NCBI RefSeq assembly: GCF_044704955.1
Contig: NC_091984.1
Span: forward strand, 145,142,001 to 145,206,000
Length of the DNA stretch: 64,000 nucleotides
Reading direction: 5' to 3'
Origin: Pristiophorus japonicus
Taxonomy: Eukaryota
Part shown: positions 36,750 through 48,946 of the stretch, piece by piece
Position numbering within the stretch: the first letter of the stretch is position 1
Layout of the letters: each line of letters begins with the position of its first letter
Position numbers and translations under genes: made by a program
Notes under the pieces: generated by a model
Told to the model about the DNA's origin: nothing
The model's input: only the letters and a program-made list of their open reading frames with translations
Database searches by the model: none

Positions 36750-37274
36750 GCCTTTTACAGATTCACATTTACAGAAACAAGAATTGAATAAACAGCCCAG
36801 CGAGAGCGAGCTGGAGACATTCGCAGGGAGAATGCAGCTTTATTAAAACAGTTATGGGGATTTTCTCCACACCATGAGAATCCTGTCCCTTTAAACGGGG
36901 ACAAAACCTTGAATTGTAACAGCAGGGTGAGCAGGGAGGAGGTCTGCTTACTGAAGCGGCACTTCACAGTTTAACATTAGTTTTACTCTGCTGACAGTCT
37001 TCAGCATCTATGAGAGGTTTGACTTGGCAGCACGAATCAACACGGTCCCATCAAACCCTCCCAGGGCAGGTACAGCACGGGTTAGATACAGAGTTCAGCT
37101 CCCTCGACACTGCCCTAATAACGTGCCTTACCCCCTGACCCTCAGATGCTTTCCCTGACCCAGTCCCGAGAAGGAAGAGAGTAGAAATGCAGTGCTGACA
37201 ATGACCTTTGCCCTCCCGCCTCACCCCCTGTTCTATTTAAAGTTGCGTCTCCCCCGCGGACTGTCCCTGACACA

Positions 37275-37600
37275 CTACGCACATTCTGCTCTCCTGATGC
37301 CCTTGCTGAGGGGAGAGGAGAGACTCTCGTGGGTGAGGCTGCAGGAGAAGCTGGCGTTGGACTCCCAGTCGGAGCCAGAGAGGGTCAGCAGGCTGCTGAC
37401 ACTGTAGGTGTTGTCCGAAGCTCGCAGGTAGTCGCTGGTCTGGACCCCGGCTGAAATGGTCGCTCCGTCCTTCTTCCACTCCACCTCCACCGCATCGGGG
37501 TAGAAGTGATCGGCGAGGCACCAGGGTGGCAGTGCCCTTGGTCGTGACCTCCTCCGGGAGGGGGGCAGCAGGGTCAGTGTGTGTGGTGTCTTCCCTCGGC
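37275..37600 (-). CDS. IGKC: Immunoglobulin light chain constant exon, shark kappa (NS4/type III); two compensating deletions, so possibly a pseudogene or assembly error
   Basis: Acceptor tccctttcAG at 37601-37602; TLTLLPPS / PEEVTTKGTATLV / CLADHFYPDAVEVEWKKDGATISAGVQTSDYLRASDNTYSVSSLLTLSGSDWESNASFSCSLTHESLSSPLSKGIRRAECA*; C1-set Cys/Trp and terminal Cys; resembles shark kappa C as I recall it. Confidence 0.92.
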
Positions 37601-38019
37601 CTGAAAGGGAGGAGAAGGATGTTTAATAGGTGTATATTAGTGTCTGTGTGTGTGTGTGTCACTGTGGGTGTTTCCGTGAGAGTGCGCTTAAGTGCGTGTG
37701 CGAGTGCATGTTAGTGGGTGGGGGGGGGGGGGGGGTATGGGTGTGTGGGTCGGGGAGGTGGGGTGTGGTTGTTGGGGGATGGGGTGGGGGTAGGTGGGGT
37801 GGGTGCAGACGGGCGTCTCTGTGTGGGTCTGTGTCACTGTGGGTGTTTCAGTGTGGGGATAATTCACATCTGATAACAGAGAGTTGAGTTAATGAACTCC
37901 TGGCTGGCGATTAACCATTAGAGGCGAGCAACACTAATTCTTAATCTTCTTTGCCTCGTTTGGTAAGTTTAATATAAATATAAATCCGTTCGATGTTAAG
38001 GTGATCACAAAAAAAAATT

Positions 38020-38460
38020 TTGCATTTATATTACACCTTTCACAACCTCCGGACATCTCAAAGCACTTTGCAGCCAATGAAGTACTTTTGGAGTGTCGTC
38101 ACTGTTGTAATGTGGGAAACACGGCTGCCAATCTGTGCACAGCAAGCTCCCACAAACAGCGATGTGATAACAACCTGATAATCTGTTCTTTTGTCATGTT
38201 GGTTGAGGGATAAATATTGGCCAGGACACCGGGGAGAACTCCCCTGCTCTTCTTCAATATAGTGGCATGGGATCTTTTACATCCACCTGAGAGGGCAGAC
38301 AGGGCCTCGGTTTTACGTTTCACCTGAAAGACGACACCTCTGATAGTCTGCACTGGAGTATCAGCCTAGATTTTTGTGCTCAAATCCCTGGAGTTGGACT
38401 TGAACCCACAATCTTCTGACTCAGAGGCGAGAGTGCAACACACTGAGCCACGGCTGATAC
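38020..38460 (-). mobile_element. Near full-length shark tRNA-derived SINE (DeuSINE-like)
   Basis: tRNA-like head (tggctcagtgtgttgcactctcgcctctgagtcagaagattgtgggttcaagtcc) and L2-type tail. Confidence 0.8.
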
Positions 38461-39004
38461 TCAAAATCAGATTGGACTGTTGTATAAACATCTGCAGTGC
38501 AGGGTTGGCACACATTCAGCACTGAAATGGTTAACAGTAAGAGTCGGTAAAGACTGAGTGTCCCGTTAAGAAGCTGTTCAATGGCAGGAAGCTCGAACTG
38601 TGGATGGGTGGATACAGGGGAAACAGGCTCAGCAGTGAGAAAGCTCAGATCACACACAGATCGGGAGAACTTTATCCGGGAACATTGCGGCACACTTGTA
38701 TAAACACACTTCAGCAAGGCTTCATGTTGGGTGTCGGTGTAGAAGCTTCTAGATTGCATTTAAAAGCTTGCTGCCCAGCACTGGGGTGAGGTCAAGGATG
38801 AGGATACAATTAGCCTCAGTGTACCGGGGTCAGACAGGGTCACTGCTCCCAATGATCCCGTGACCTCCTGGAAGGTCAGGGTGCGCGGACAATGGGTGAA
38901 GGTCAGGATCAGGACCCTCCCATTTCAATGAAAGAAAGCCTTGAATTTATATAGCGCCTTTCACAACCTCAGGACGTCCCAAGGTGCTTTACAACCAATT
39001 GCAC

Positions 39005-39770
39005 ACAGGCAGTTCTGGTCACCACATTACAGGAAATGTGTGATTGCACCACAGAGGATACAGAGGAAATTTACAAGAATGTTCCCAGGACTGGAAATTT
39101 TTAGCTATGAGGAAAGATTGGATTGGCTGAGGTTATTTTGTTTGGAGCAGAGGAGGCTGAGGGGAGATTTAATTGAGGTGTATAACATTATGAGGGGCCT
39201 AGATAGAGTGGTTAAGATGGATCTATTTCCCTTAAGAGAGAGGTCAACAACCAGGTGATATAGATTTAATGTGTGGGTCGAGGGAAATTGAGGAGAAATA
39301 TTTTCCCCCAGAGGATGGTGGGGTCTGGAACTCATTGCCTGAAAGGGAGGTCGAGGCAGAAACCCTCACCACATTGAAGAAGTACTTGGATGTGCACTTC
39401 AAGTGCCGTAACCCACAGGAACATGGACCAAGAGCTGGAAAGTGGGATTCGGCTGGGTAGTTCTTTGTTGGCTGTCACGGACACGATGGGCCGAATGGTG
39501 TCAGCAAGTGGCTCAGTTGGTAGCACCCTCGCTTCGGAGTCAGAAATTGTGGGTAAAAATCCCACTTGGCCAATCAACAGAACAGAACAAAAACAGGTTA
39601 TTTGGTCATCAGCACATTGCTGTTTTTGGGAGCTTGCTGTGCACAAATTTACTGCTGCATTTCCTACATTACAAAAGTGAGTACACTTCAAAAAGGACTT
39701 CATTGGCTGTAAAGCACAATGCGATGTCTGGTGGTCGTGAAAGGCGCGATATAAATACAATTCTTTCTTT
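39005..39770 (+). mobile_element. CR1 3' end (39005-39495) followed by a tRNA-SINE (39497-39770)
   Basis: SYEERLDWLRLFCLEQRRLRGDLIEVY; SINE head gtggctcagttggtagcac and tail ggcgcgatataaatacaattctttcttt. Confidence 0.8.
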
Positions 39771-40169
39771 TCTCAGAGCCGAGCGTGCTGGTGACTGAGT
39801 CATGGCTCACAAGTCACGGTCGATCAGCCTGATACGCTCAGTCTCTGGGCTCACACTGAGACAGTGAGCCCACTTGGGGAGCTCAGTCTCTGGGCTCACA
39901 CTAGGACAGTGAGCCCACTTGAGGGTGAGCACTGCTGGCTGGGTTTGTGTCCAGGATCAGGAGAAGGGAGCACATTACCAGCCGCTGTTCAAAGTTGTCA
40001 GATTTTATTCTCAAACTGGGGGCCGTGACGAAAGACTGGGGACTACAGCGCTTCAGACAGCATGTTAGAAGGGGATTTGCTGTGGGTTAACTGGTCCAAG
40101 TAGCAGCGGTCTGTGTTTACAATCCACCAGGTGAAGAGCTCATATGGTCAACAGATTTTGCCTCGCTCA

Positions 40170-40760
40170 CAAAGGCAGGTTTTTCTCATCGGCGACTTCA
40201 ACAGTGCAACACCATGTGGGGAAAGTGCAGCAATGACCACAAGGGGGAGAAGGTGATCAGTAAGCAGCAACAACACAACCTTCCCTTGATATATTAACCC
40301 AGGATCAAATGGACCATCCAAAGTACACCATGCGACCAGAGTCACAATCCCCAGCTCGCTTTGACACCTCTGACAATGCAGCAAACTTCAGAGCGAGGTA
40401 ATGTCAGTGATCCCTTGTTCACAGCATAGACCATTGCAAGTGACTATAGAGGATGTGGTTCCACACAGGACAGGAAGCTACATACCGAGACTCATACACA
40501 ACGATTGCGGTCAATGACTGCAAACGTCTTACCTGTGAATTGGAACCATCTGTAATCTTACTGTGACCCATGATCACTGTGGAGAATTGATCGCCCTGGT
40601 ATGGAGGGCTGTCCAAGAGTACATTGCAGGGAGTATGGACACCATATATACCCGGGCTTCCAAATCAATCCACATTCGAAGCGCTATTCAGGACTGTTTG
40701 ACTAAGATGCCTTTGATGTGTGGGATAGTTGGTCAGATAACCGGTTATCAACTTGTCATG
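40170..40760 (+). mobile_element. Old non-LTR retrotransposon APE-endonuclease relic
   Basis: FLIGDFNS..MWG motif at about 40180-40225; heavily decayed. Confidence 0.4.
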
Positions 40761-41124
40761 GGTTAATGTGTATTGAGGGGGAGAGACAGACAGAGAGAGA
40801 GAGAAAGCCAGAGATTGATAGTTAAAGAGAGGGAAGGAGACAGAAAAGATAAATACGACCTCTTTCACCCATCTTTTGGTCACCTGCCCTGACATCTCCT
40901 TCTGTGGTTCGTGTCAAATTTATCTGTTTTGTCTTATAACACTGCTGTGAAGGGCCTTGGGGCGTTTTACTGCGTTACAGGCACTATATAAATACAAGTT
41001 GTTGTTGAGATAGAGAAAGCGAGACATACGGAATGAGAGAGTTGGAGAGAGGAAAGGACAGAGAGATAATTAGAGATGTATAGAGAGAGGAAGGGACAGA
41101 GACAAATAGAGAGAGTCTGGGTTA

Positions 41125-41222
41125 AAGATAGATAGATAGGTAGATAGATAGATAGATAGATAGATAGATATAATGATTGATCGATAGATAGCTAGATAGA
41201 TAGATATATATAGATTGATACA
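41125..41222. repeat. (GATA)n microsatellite
   Basis: Direct repetition. Confidence 0.95.
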
Positions 41223-43011
41223 GAAATCTCTGTGCAGAGCAAAGAGCCTGAGCACAGTCAGAGAACTGCGATGGAATAAGTCACTGTATTCCTGTAGAAC
41301 TGAGGTTACACAGTAGAATTTTAGAAGCAAATTATATCAGGTGATCTTAGGAGAATATAAATTGTGTCTATTTATTACGGGGGTGGGGGTGTTACCATGG
41401 ATACAGAAGTATAGTGGGAAATAATGTAGAATTTACCAACATCTCGCAAAATCCAGGTACCTTTCCCTGCAGAGGAGAAGAATCCCTTTCTGGACTTTTA
41501 AAATGAAAGGAAAACTTTGGGACACAAATGACTTTTAAAGGGGCAGACAAGGCCTGCAGGGGATAAAAGTGGGTGCATTCATGGAGACCCCCAACCCCCC
41601 GCAGTGTTTGGACTCATATGAAAGGGAATTTAATTTGGAACGATCTACCAGAAAGTTTGAAATCCTAAAGTGCACATGGAAGAAACTACGAACTTTAATC
41701 GAATTTGGGATTTTTAAAAGGTGTATGTTGGGTCTGCAAGAAAAGGGGCCAGTTTGGACATTGGAACTAATCAAATTGTCTGGGAACTGTATACCCTTGA
41801 AACTTGCCCCTTGAAAACATTAGCATTTAAACAATGCCACATACATATTCCAACACCAATTCAACAGGCATAGAAATATCTGGCTCAGGCCAGACTAGCA
41901 CAATGGAGAGCTCATCAACTTCGAAAAGCCTATTAACGCCAGATTAAAATCACTTAATCAAGTTTCAGTTAGCTGGGCTAGATTTGATGGGAGATAACGG
42001 AGTCTTTTTTTGTGGGTATATCTATTCCCAGTTTTACCAAGGAACAGACTCGAACAGCAGAACACAGACTCAAACACAGACAGACACAAGCAGCCGGAAG
42101 TGGGGAGTGAAGAAATGGAATAGTGAAGGAAACTACCAGAAATCATCAAGGACCGACCGAGCACGAGGCCCATGAAATGGAAGGTTGTCAGCAACCAAAT
42201 TGACAACCCGGGCCACCACAACCAGCGAAACGACCAACCAAAACCAACTCAGCAAAAACCGAAGAATCGACATTTATTTCCACTCTACAATCTACTTCGG
42301 AATGACCAACGGGTGAGAAATTACCAAAAGGGACTAACTAAACTATTCCTAACCAAAGAAAGTGGGTACTTACCCCATACATCCAAAACGCAACTTACCG
42401 CATCAACGGACGCACCCCAACCGAAGACTACGCAGTCCGAAGTCCTCTCCTCCGACCGGGGTACGGCTCACCTAGAAGGCCAAGTGCAGCGAACCCCAAA
42501 ACCGCGATTCACTGGCAACTGTCTAAAGAGATTGGTGAGCATGGCCCCTGAACCCACAGAGCTATAACTTAGTAGTTAGGGGAATTGGGGGAGGGAGGCT
42601 GGGATAACTTGTGTAAATGTATCTGCATTCGCCTCTTTACCCCATTTAGAGTTTAAGCTGTATTCTTTTCCGCACAGACTATAATTGGACAGTTTATTCA
42701 ATTTGTTGTACCCCTCAGTGTGTATTAGTCTGTGTGAGTTATTAAAGGGTTGCCTTTTACTTCTTTTTAAACACAATAAAGCCATACCTGCTTCCTATCT
42801 TGAAACCGATTGTCTGTCCAAGTCTGTCACAGTCCCTTCATAATTCCAGTGTCTAGAACCAAGGGTGTGGGAGCGATTCGGAACCGTTCATATAAGGTCA
42901 GAAGGGAAAGCTGACCCCCTGCAAACCACCCCTTACATAATGGCGACCTCGATGGGGCACTGGTACAAGGGACATGATAAGAGAGAGACTGGTTTCAGGA
43001 AACGAAGCAAA

Positions 43012-44772
43012 ATGGAAGAGGGGATTTCCTCGTATGTGTTTAAGAGGGTAAATGTGGCTAAGGAGTGGGTACTCGATCTATTGTATGCTGAGCATCCAGA
43101 AGATGCTGCAGCTCAATGGACCGAGAGCAAGGACCATAAAAGGTCGAAAGAGAAGGCCATTTGGCTAATTTGCCTTCAGCAACAGATCCGGCTTCTAGAT
43201 GAGGAGAATGAGAAATTAAAGGGAGTACTGAAACAGGCAGAAGAGAGGTCCAGCGCAAGGGCCACAGTTGGGGAAAGGCTGTGGACAGAGGTGGGACAGT
43301 TAAAGGAAAGTAGAGACCTCACTAAAGAAAGGCACAAAACCCAACTGGACCTTTTACAGTGTCAGATTATTGAAGCCAAGAATAGCGAACTGGCATTGCG
43401 GGAAGAGAATTCCTGCCTCGCCAAGCAAGTTAAAGAGTACGGGGAGAGGGTGAGAGACATTCAGGTAGCCTATAAGGTAGCCAGTGCCAGGGAATTTGAG
43501 GCAGGAGACCACGGCCCCTGCCAGCAGCAGATCCAAAGCTTGAACCTTGCTCTATCCCGGGCTAAATGCATGGTGTGCCTGATAAACCCGGGTTTAGCCC
43601 AGGAACACCTGGTTGGGCAAGGAGAAACCCCTCAGTCACTGCCTGCAGCTCCCAGGAATGGCCCTGGGCAGCAGGGGTGTCAGCCAGAGTGCGGGGCAGG
43701 CAAGGATTGCAAACTACCAACACCAGCAGCCCCGAGTTTTAACTCGGCTTGGCAGCAGGGGGAAGAGGGCGAGCCAATACAAGAAGGGCCGGAACCAGGG
43801 CCAATGCACCCGGTCCGGCAGCAGAAGTTTGGCCCGCCTGATGCCAATGGGGCAGCAGGACCCCTAGAAAGCAACTTCGTAGTCCCCCACGACATCCAAA
43901 AACTGAGGGCTATGATAGGCCACCTAAGTAAGCTCACCCAACAGGGGGATCCCTCGGTACACTTCCTGGAAGTGGAACACACAGGGAATATTAACGGGTG
44001 CGATGATTCAGAGCAGGCTAAGTTGTTGCTCTTCTCACTAGACACCAAGCTGTGCCATTCCCTCTCTGCAGACAGAAGAAAGGGGCGAAACACGTACGCT
44101 ACAGTTAAGGAGGAGCTTCTAGAGGCCATGGGTATGAACGACGGGAATCCTTTCTCCCGATTGGAGAAAACAGTGCAGCTCTATGGGGAGACTCCACAGG
44201 CTTTCGCCGACAGGTTGTTGCCGGTCTACGAAAGGGCCTGTAGTGGGGTTCTTGACCGGGCCCACCTGAACCCTAACGAGCTGGCTCACTGGCTCCGCAG
44301 CCTGGTGGCAAACAGCTTACCTGGAGTAAAGGCAAAAGCCTAGGTCTGGTTCGATCCAAGAGATCCCAGAACCACCGAGGAGACAGTGGTCAGGCAGTTG
44401 ATCCTGGCTTACCGGAACAGTAGAGGGACAGAGGAGCCCTCCTCTAAAGGGAGGGTCCATGAGATTAAACCCAGCCAAGGCAAGAGAGAGTGGCATCAGG
44501 AAGGTGGGAACCCTCCCCACAAAGGGGGCGAGTGTTTTGGGTGTGGGAAAAGTGGGCACTGGAGGAAGGATTGTAGGAACCCCTGGAAAGGGACTAAGGG
44601 AAAGGCCACTCCAGCTCCAGCCCGTAAGGCCGGGGCAGGAACACCCGACACATATGAGACACTCGTAGCCACCCTACAGACACTCATAAACAGACAGGGA
44701 GCAGTAGCTATCGCAACTGGTCCAGCAGACGGTACGGTAAAACCCTCTTCTCCAACCCACCCAGATGCATGA
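43012..44772 (+). pseudogene. gag: gag (coiled-coil N-terminus, CCHC knuckle), one internal TAG
   Basis: ORFs 42865-44343 and 44386-44772 are in the same frame; CFGCGKSGHWRKDC. Confidence 0.88.
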
Positions 44773-47700
44773 CTAAGGCCAGTGCAGCCTGTGTACCTGT
44801 GTTCCCTAGAGTACGATGCCTGGAAGAGACCGTGCGTTACGATGGAGGTGGAGAAAGTGAAAGGGACCTACCTGCTAGATACCAGTGCTTCCAGCACCCT
44901 TGTATATGCAGATAACCCAGCTACCTCACCTCTATCGAACGGGGTCCCGTACAGTCTAGTGGGGTTCACAGGCAATGAGCAAACTGGTTCGTTTTCCATC
45001 CTGCTCACCATTCAGTTAGGGACACTCAAAACCAAATGGAAGTGTGTCCTGATGAAATGGCAGCACAAGGGAAAAGGGATCCTGGGAGCTGATTTTATCA
45101 TTGGCCACCAGATCCTAGTGGATCTCAGGAACCACTGTCTATGGGGAGCCATAGTGACTGACAGAGAAGGTGAGGTGGCGGTGATCCCAGAAAAAGGGGC
45201 CAAGGGAACATTGTGTACCGTGAAGCCAAAGGAGGGTTATGACTTGGAATTACTGGTCAGTAACACCCCAGTGGAGTACCAGGCATATGTACGGGCACAA
45301 CTTGCAGCATTTGCCACCCACAAACATGACTGTGGTAGGGTAACGGGGGTGGAAGTTAGTATAGTAGGGGACCCCATTACCCGACCACAAAAGCAATATA
45401 AATTCCCCAGGGAGGCAGAGGCAGACCTGACAACGGCGCTGGGATCACTGGGAGAGCAAGGGGTGTTAAAACCGATAGCAACCCATGTGAACTCTCTACT
45501 GTGGCCGGTTAAGAAACCGGACAACTCGTGGAGGGCCACCGTGGACTATCGAGTACTAAATAAGAATATCCCTGCCTGTGCACCCACTGTAGCAGCCGTA
45601 GCGGATCTCATAGGGAGTATTCCAGCATCTGCGACCACTTTCACAGTGCTGGACATTTCAAATGGGTTCTGGTCCATTCCTTTAAAACGGGAGGACCAGT
45701 ACAAGTTCGCCTTTACCTTTAAGGGCCAACAATACACGTGGAACTGTCTTCCCCAAGGCTTCCACAACAGCCCCAGCATTTTTCACCAATGCATGGCGAA
45801 CTGTTTAAAGGGCTTTAGCAGACCCCAGCAGTTGGTGCAGTATGTGGATGACCTGCTCCTGTTCACCGATCAGGGGGAGGAGCATGGTCCACTGCTGGCT
45901 GAGCTGCTGGAGCTGCTAAAAGAAGAAGGGTTTAAAGTAAACCCCAACAAGGCACAGATCGGTCAGAAGGAAGTCAAATTCCTGGGGCTGACTGTGCGCG
46001 CTGGGGAAAGGGCCATAGACAAGGCTAGAAGGGAGGCAGTACAGGAGTTACCAGCCCCCAACACAGTGACAGGGGTAAGGTCCTTTCTCGGACTCACCGG
46101 GTACTGAAGAGACTTCATTGAGGATTATGCAGCCACCGCAGCCCCTCTGCTCAGGCTCCTACACAAGGGTGCAGAGTGGGACTGGGATGAGGGTTGCGAG
46201 GCAGCATTTAATCAGCTCAAGAAGGACTTGCAGACCGCGCCAGCCTTAGGAGCGATAGATGTAGGAAAGGAGTTTTTCCTGGAGGTGGCAGCCAGCGGGG
46301 ACAGTTTGAGCTCAGTGCTGCTTCAAGAGCGGCATGGCCAGCTGAAACCAGTGGTTTACTCCTCCAGGATCCTCACAGATGTGGAGAAGGGGTACTCCAA
46401 CTGTGAGAGACAACTCCTAGCCACACATTGGGCAGTGAAAAGATCCTTGATCTTCACGGGAGGGTCTCCTCTAACACTCCTAACCCACCACACACCTACT
46501 CAGATGCTCCTAGATGGGAGGATTAAGGATGGGACGGTGAGCAGTGCCAGCATTGCTCGCTGGACCCTGCTCCTCTCCCAGATGGACCTCAGAGTAGAAG
46601 GCCTCCGTGAGCCAAGGCTCGCAGCCAACCTAATCGACCCAGGGAAAGCCCACAGGTGCTCCATAGAAGGGGTATGGGAGGTGAGCATTGGCCTTCAGGC
46701 GGGGTTACGCCCTGCAGGCCGGGACATCGACATGGACGGGTCCAGCAAAGTATCTGCTGGCGAACGACTCACTGGGTGCGGAGTCTATGACCCAAGGACA
46801 GGTATTGCCCTGGCAATCAAGCTCCCCAGCACCATGAGCGCCCAGCATGCTGAACTGTCCGCCGTAATGTACGTCGTGACCCACCCCGAGGAATTCCCTA
46901 CCTCGTACACGATTTGCTCGGACAGTATGTTCACCTGCAATTCATGTACGGAGTACCTGGCTATCTGGTCCCGTCGCGGATACACGTCCGCTGATGGGAG
47001 ACCCCTGGCAATCAAGCCCCTGCTGGAGAAAATCATGACAGCGGTGGGGGAAGAGGGAAAGGTCTACATACATAAGGTGAAGGCCCATTCAAAAACCGAA
47101 CCCCGTGCAGAGGGAAACCAACAGGCTGACAAACTGGCCAAAGAAGGTGCCCGCACGGGAAAGTTCTGGGACCCCTATGACACCGGCCGCATAGCAGCGG
47201 TCAAGAATAAGAACAGGGCAGCAGAGAGTACAGGGGATAGCCTTGGCCCCGGACTTAAAAACAGTTCAGGCACAGGACCCGGTCTGAAAGCTGTCCTGAA
47301 TGCGCTAGCTAGAGGAGAGAGAGTAGAAGGTCCGTACGGCACAGCAGCCATTAGTTAAGGAAGGCATGCTGTTTAAAGAGGGACAATGGGTCGTGCCACA
47401 GCAGCACCAGAGGGAATTCCTAAAACTGGCCCATGAGGGTCCAGGAGCGGGACACCCCGGGCCTGAGACCACCTGGCAACGTGTGGAACAGGCAGGATGG
47501 TGGCTGGGACTCAGGGAGGATGTCCGCGAGTTCTGTGCGAACTGCCTGGTGTGTGCTGCGAACAACCCTGACCCCCAGAAAAGGAAGGTGTCCCTAGGAC
47601 ACGTCAGGAGGGTAGAGGGACCATGGCAGTCAATCCAAATTGACTGCATCGGGCCCCTACCCACTACCCAGGGAGGCTACAAATACTGCCTAGTCCTGGT

Positions 47701-48946
47701 GGACGTGTTCTCAAAATGGGTTGAAGCCTTCCCCTGCTGAACAGCCACCGCACTAGGGACAGCTAAGATTCTAGTGAGGGAAGTGTTCTCCCGGTGGGAA
47801 CTCCCACAGTATGTGGAGTCGGACCAGGGGAGCCATTTCACCGGGCAGGTAATGCAGGCAACCCTTGAGGTGCTCGGCATTGACGGGAAATGGCACGTTG
47901 CCCACAATCCACAGTCATCCGGTATTGTGGAACGTTTAAACCGCACCATTAAAGAAAGGCTGCGGAAGGAAACGGGAGACTCACCCCAAAAGTGAGTAGA
48001 GGTCTTACCGTTGGTCCTAATGGGGAGCCGAGCCAGCCAGTCAAAGAGCACGGGGTATTCCCCATACGAGCTCATGACTGGCTCGATCATGCTGACCCCC
48101 ACCCATGTCCTAGCCCCGGTGCTCACAGAAAGTCAGCTCAGAGAGGTGAACCGGGACCGGTTTGTCAGGAACCTGTTTGAACACCTCAAATAGATTCACT
48201 GGCAGGCTGCTAGTAACATGGGCAGACAGCATCAGAGTAACCGATTGCTGCTAGAACCCAGCAAACACCACGAATGGGAGATAGGGGACCAGGTCATGGT
48301 GAGGAACTATGCTCGGGTCGGGGTTTTTGAAACATTATATATAGGGCCATACAGCATTGTGGACAAGGCAAGCCCGATGGTCTATGCCATAAAGCTGCCC
48401 CGCCGTACTAAGTGGTTCCACATCAACCAGTGCAAGCTGTACAACCCAGGGTCAGCCAACCACAGAGGACAGCCGGGAGGGATGAACCATCCTCAGGACA
48501 GGGACCCTCCGTTGGCCGCCCCCGACAGTGGAGGGCCCACAGGGAATGTGGCAGGCTCAGAAACCGTGCCTATAGGGGCGGTGAATTGCAGTACTGGAGG
48601 GGCTATCCCACCCATCGTTTGGGATTCGGACGCACCCTCAGTAACCCAAGCCCTGAGAAGGACACTCCATACACCACGGCCAAAGATACCGTGGTCACCG
48701 GCAACTGAGCCTCAGCGATTCTACCCTCGGAGAAGGGCAGCCCGACAGGAAAAACCGAAGGTCAGAAGTACAGAGGCCGCTCAGAGTCGGGACCACCAGC
48801 CAGCCGCCTCCAGCGGTGAGGGTCTCATAGGAGCAGTAGCAATGAGCTTTCCCAGAGACAAGGGTTTCCAGCTCACCGGCTGCGGGGAAACCCTAGCACC
48901 CAGGCGGCTATCAGGTCGCACAAGGCATGGGCCTGACAGGGACTAA
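44773..48946 (+). pseudogene. pol: pol: protease, RT, degenerate RNase H/tether, second RNase H, integrase
   Basis: LLDTSAS; LDISNGFWSIP; LPQGFHNSP; YVDD; KPVVYSSRIL..YSNCERQLLA; DGSS..SAQHAEL..SDS..KVKAH..GNQQAD; [28 protein letters not shown]. Confidence 0.93.

Noticed and set aside
38390-38460. tRNA-like sequence
   Set aside because: It is the head of a SINE, continuous with SINE body and tail, not a tRNA gene
41569-42567. ORFs inside the long LTRs as possible accessory genes
   Set aside because: Frames are broken by stops or indels between the 5' LTR, the 3' LTR and the 11-13 kb relative; similarity is at DNA level only
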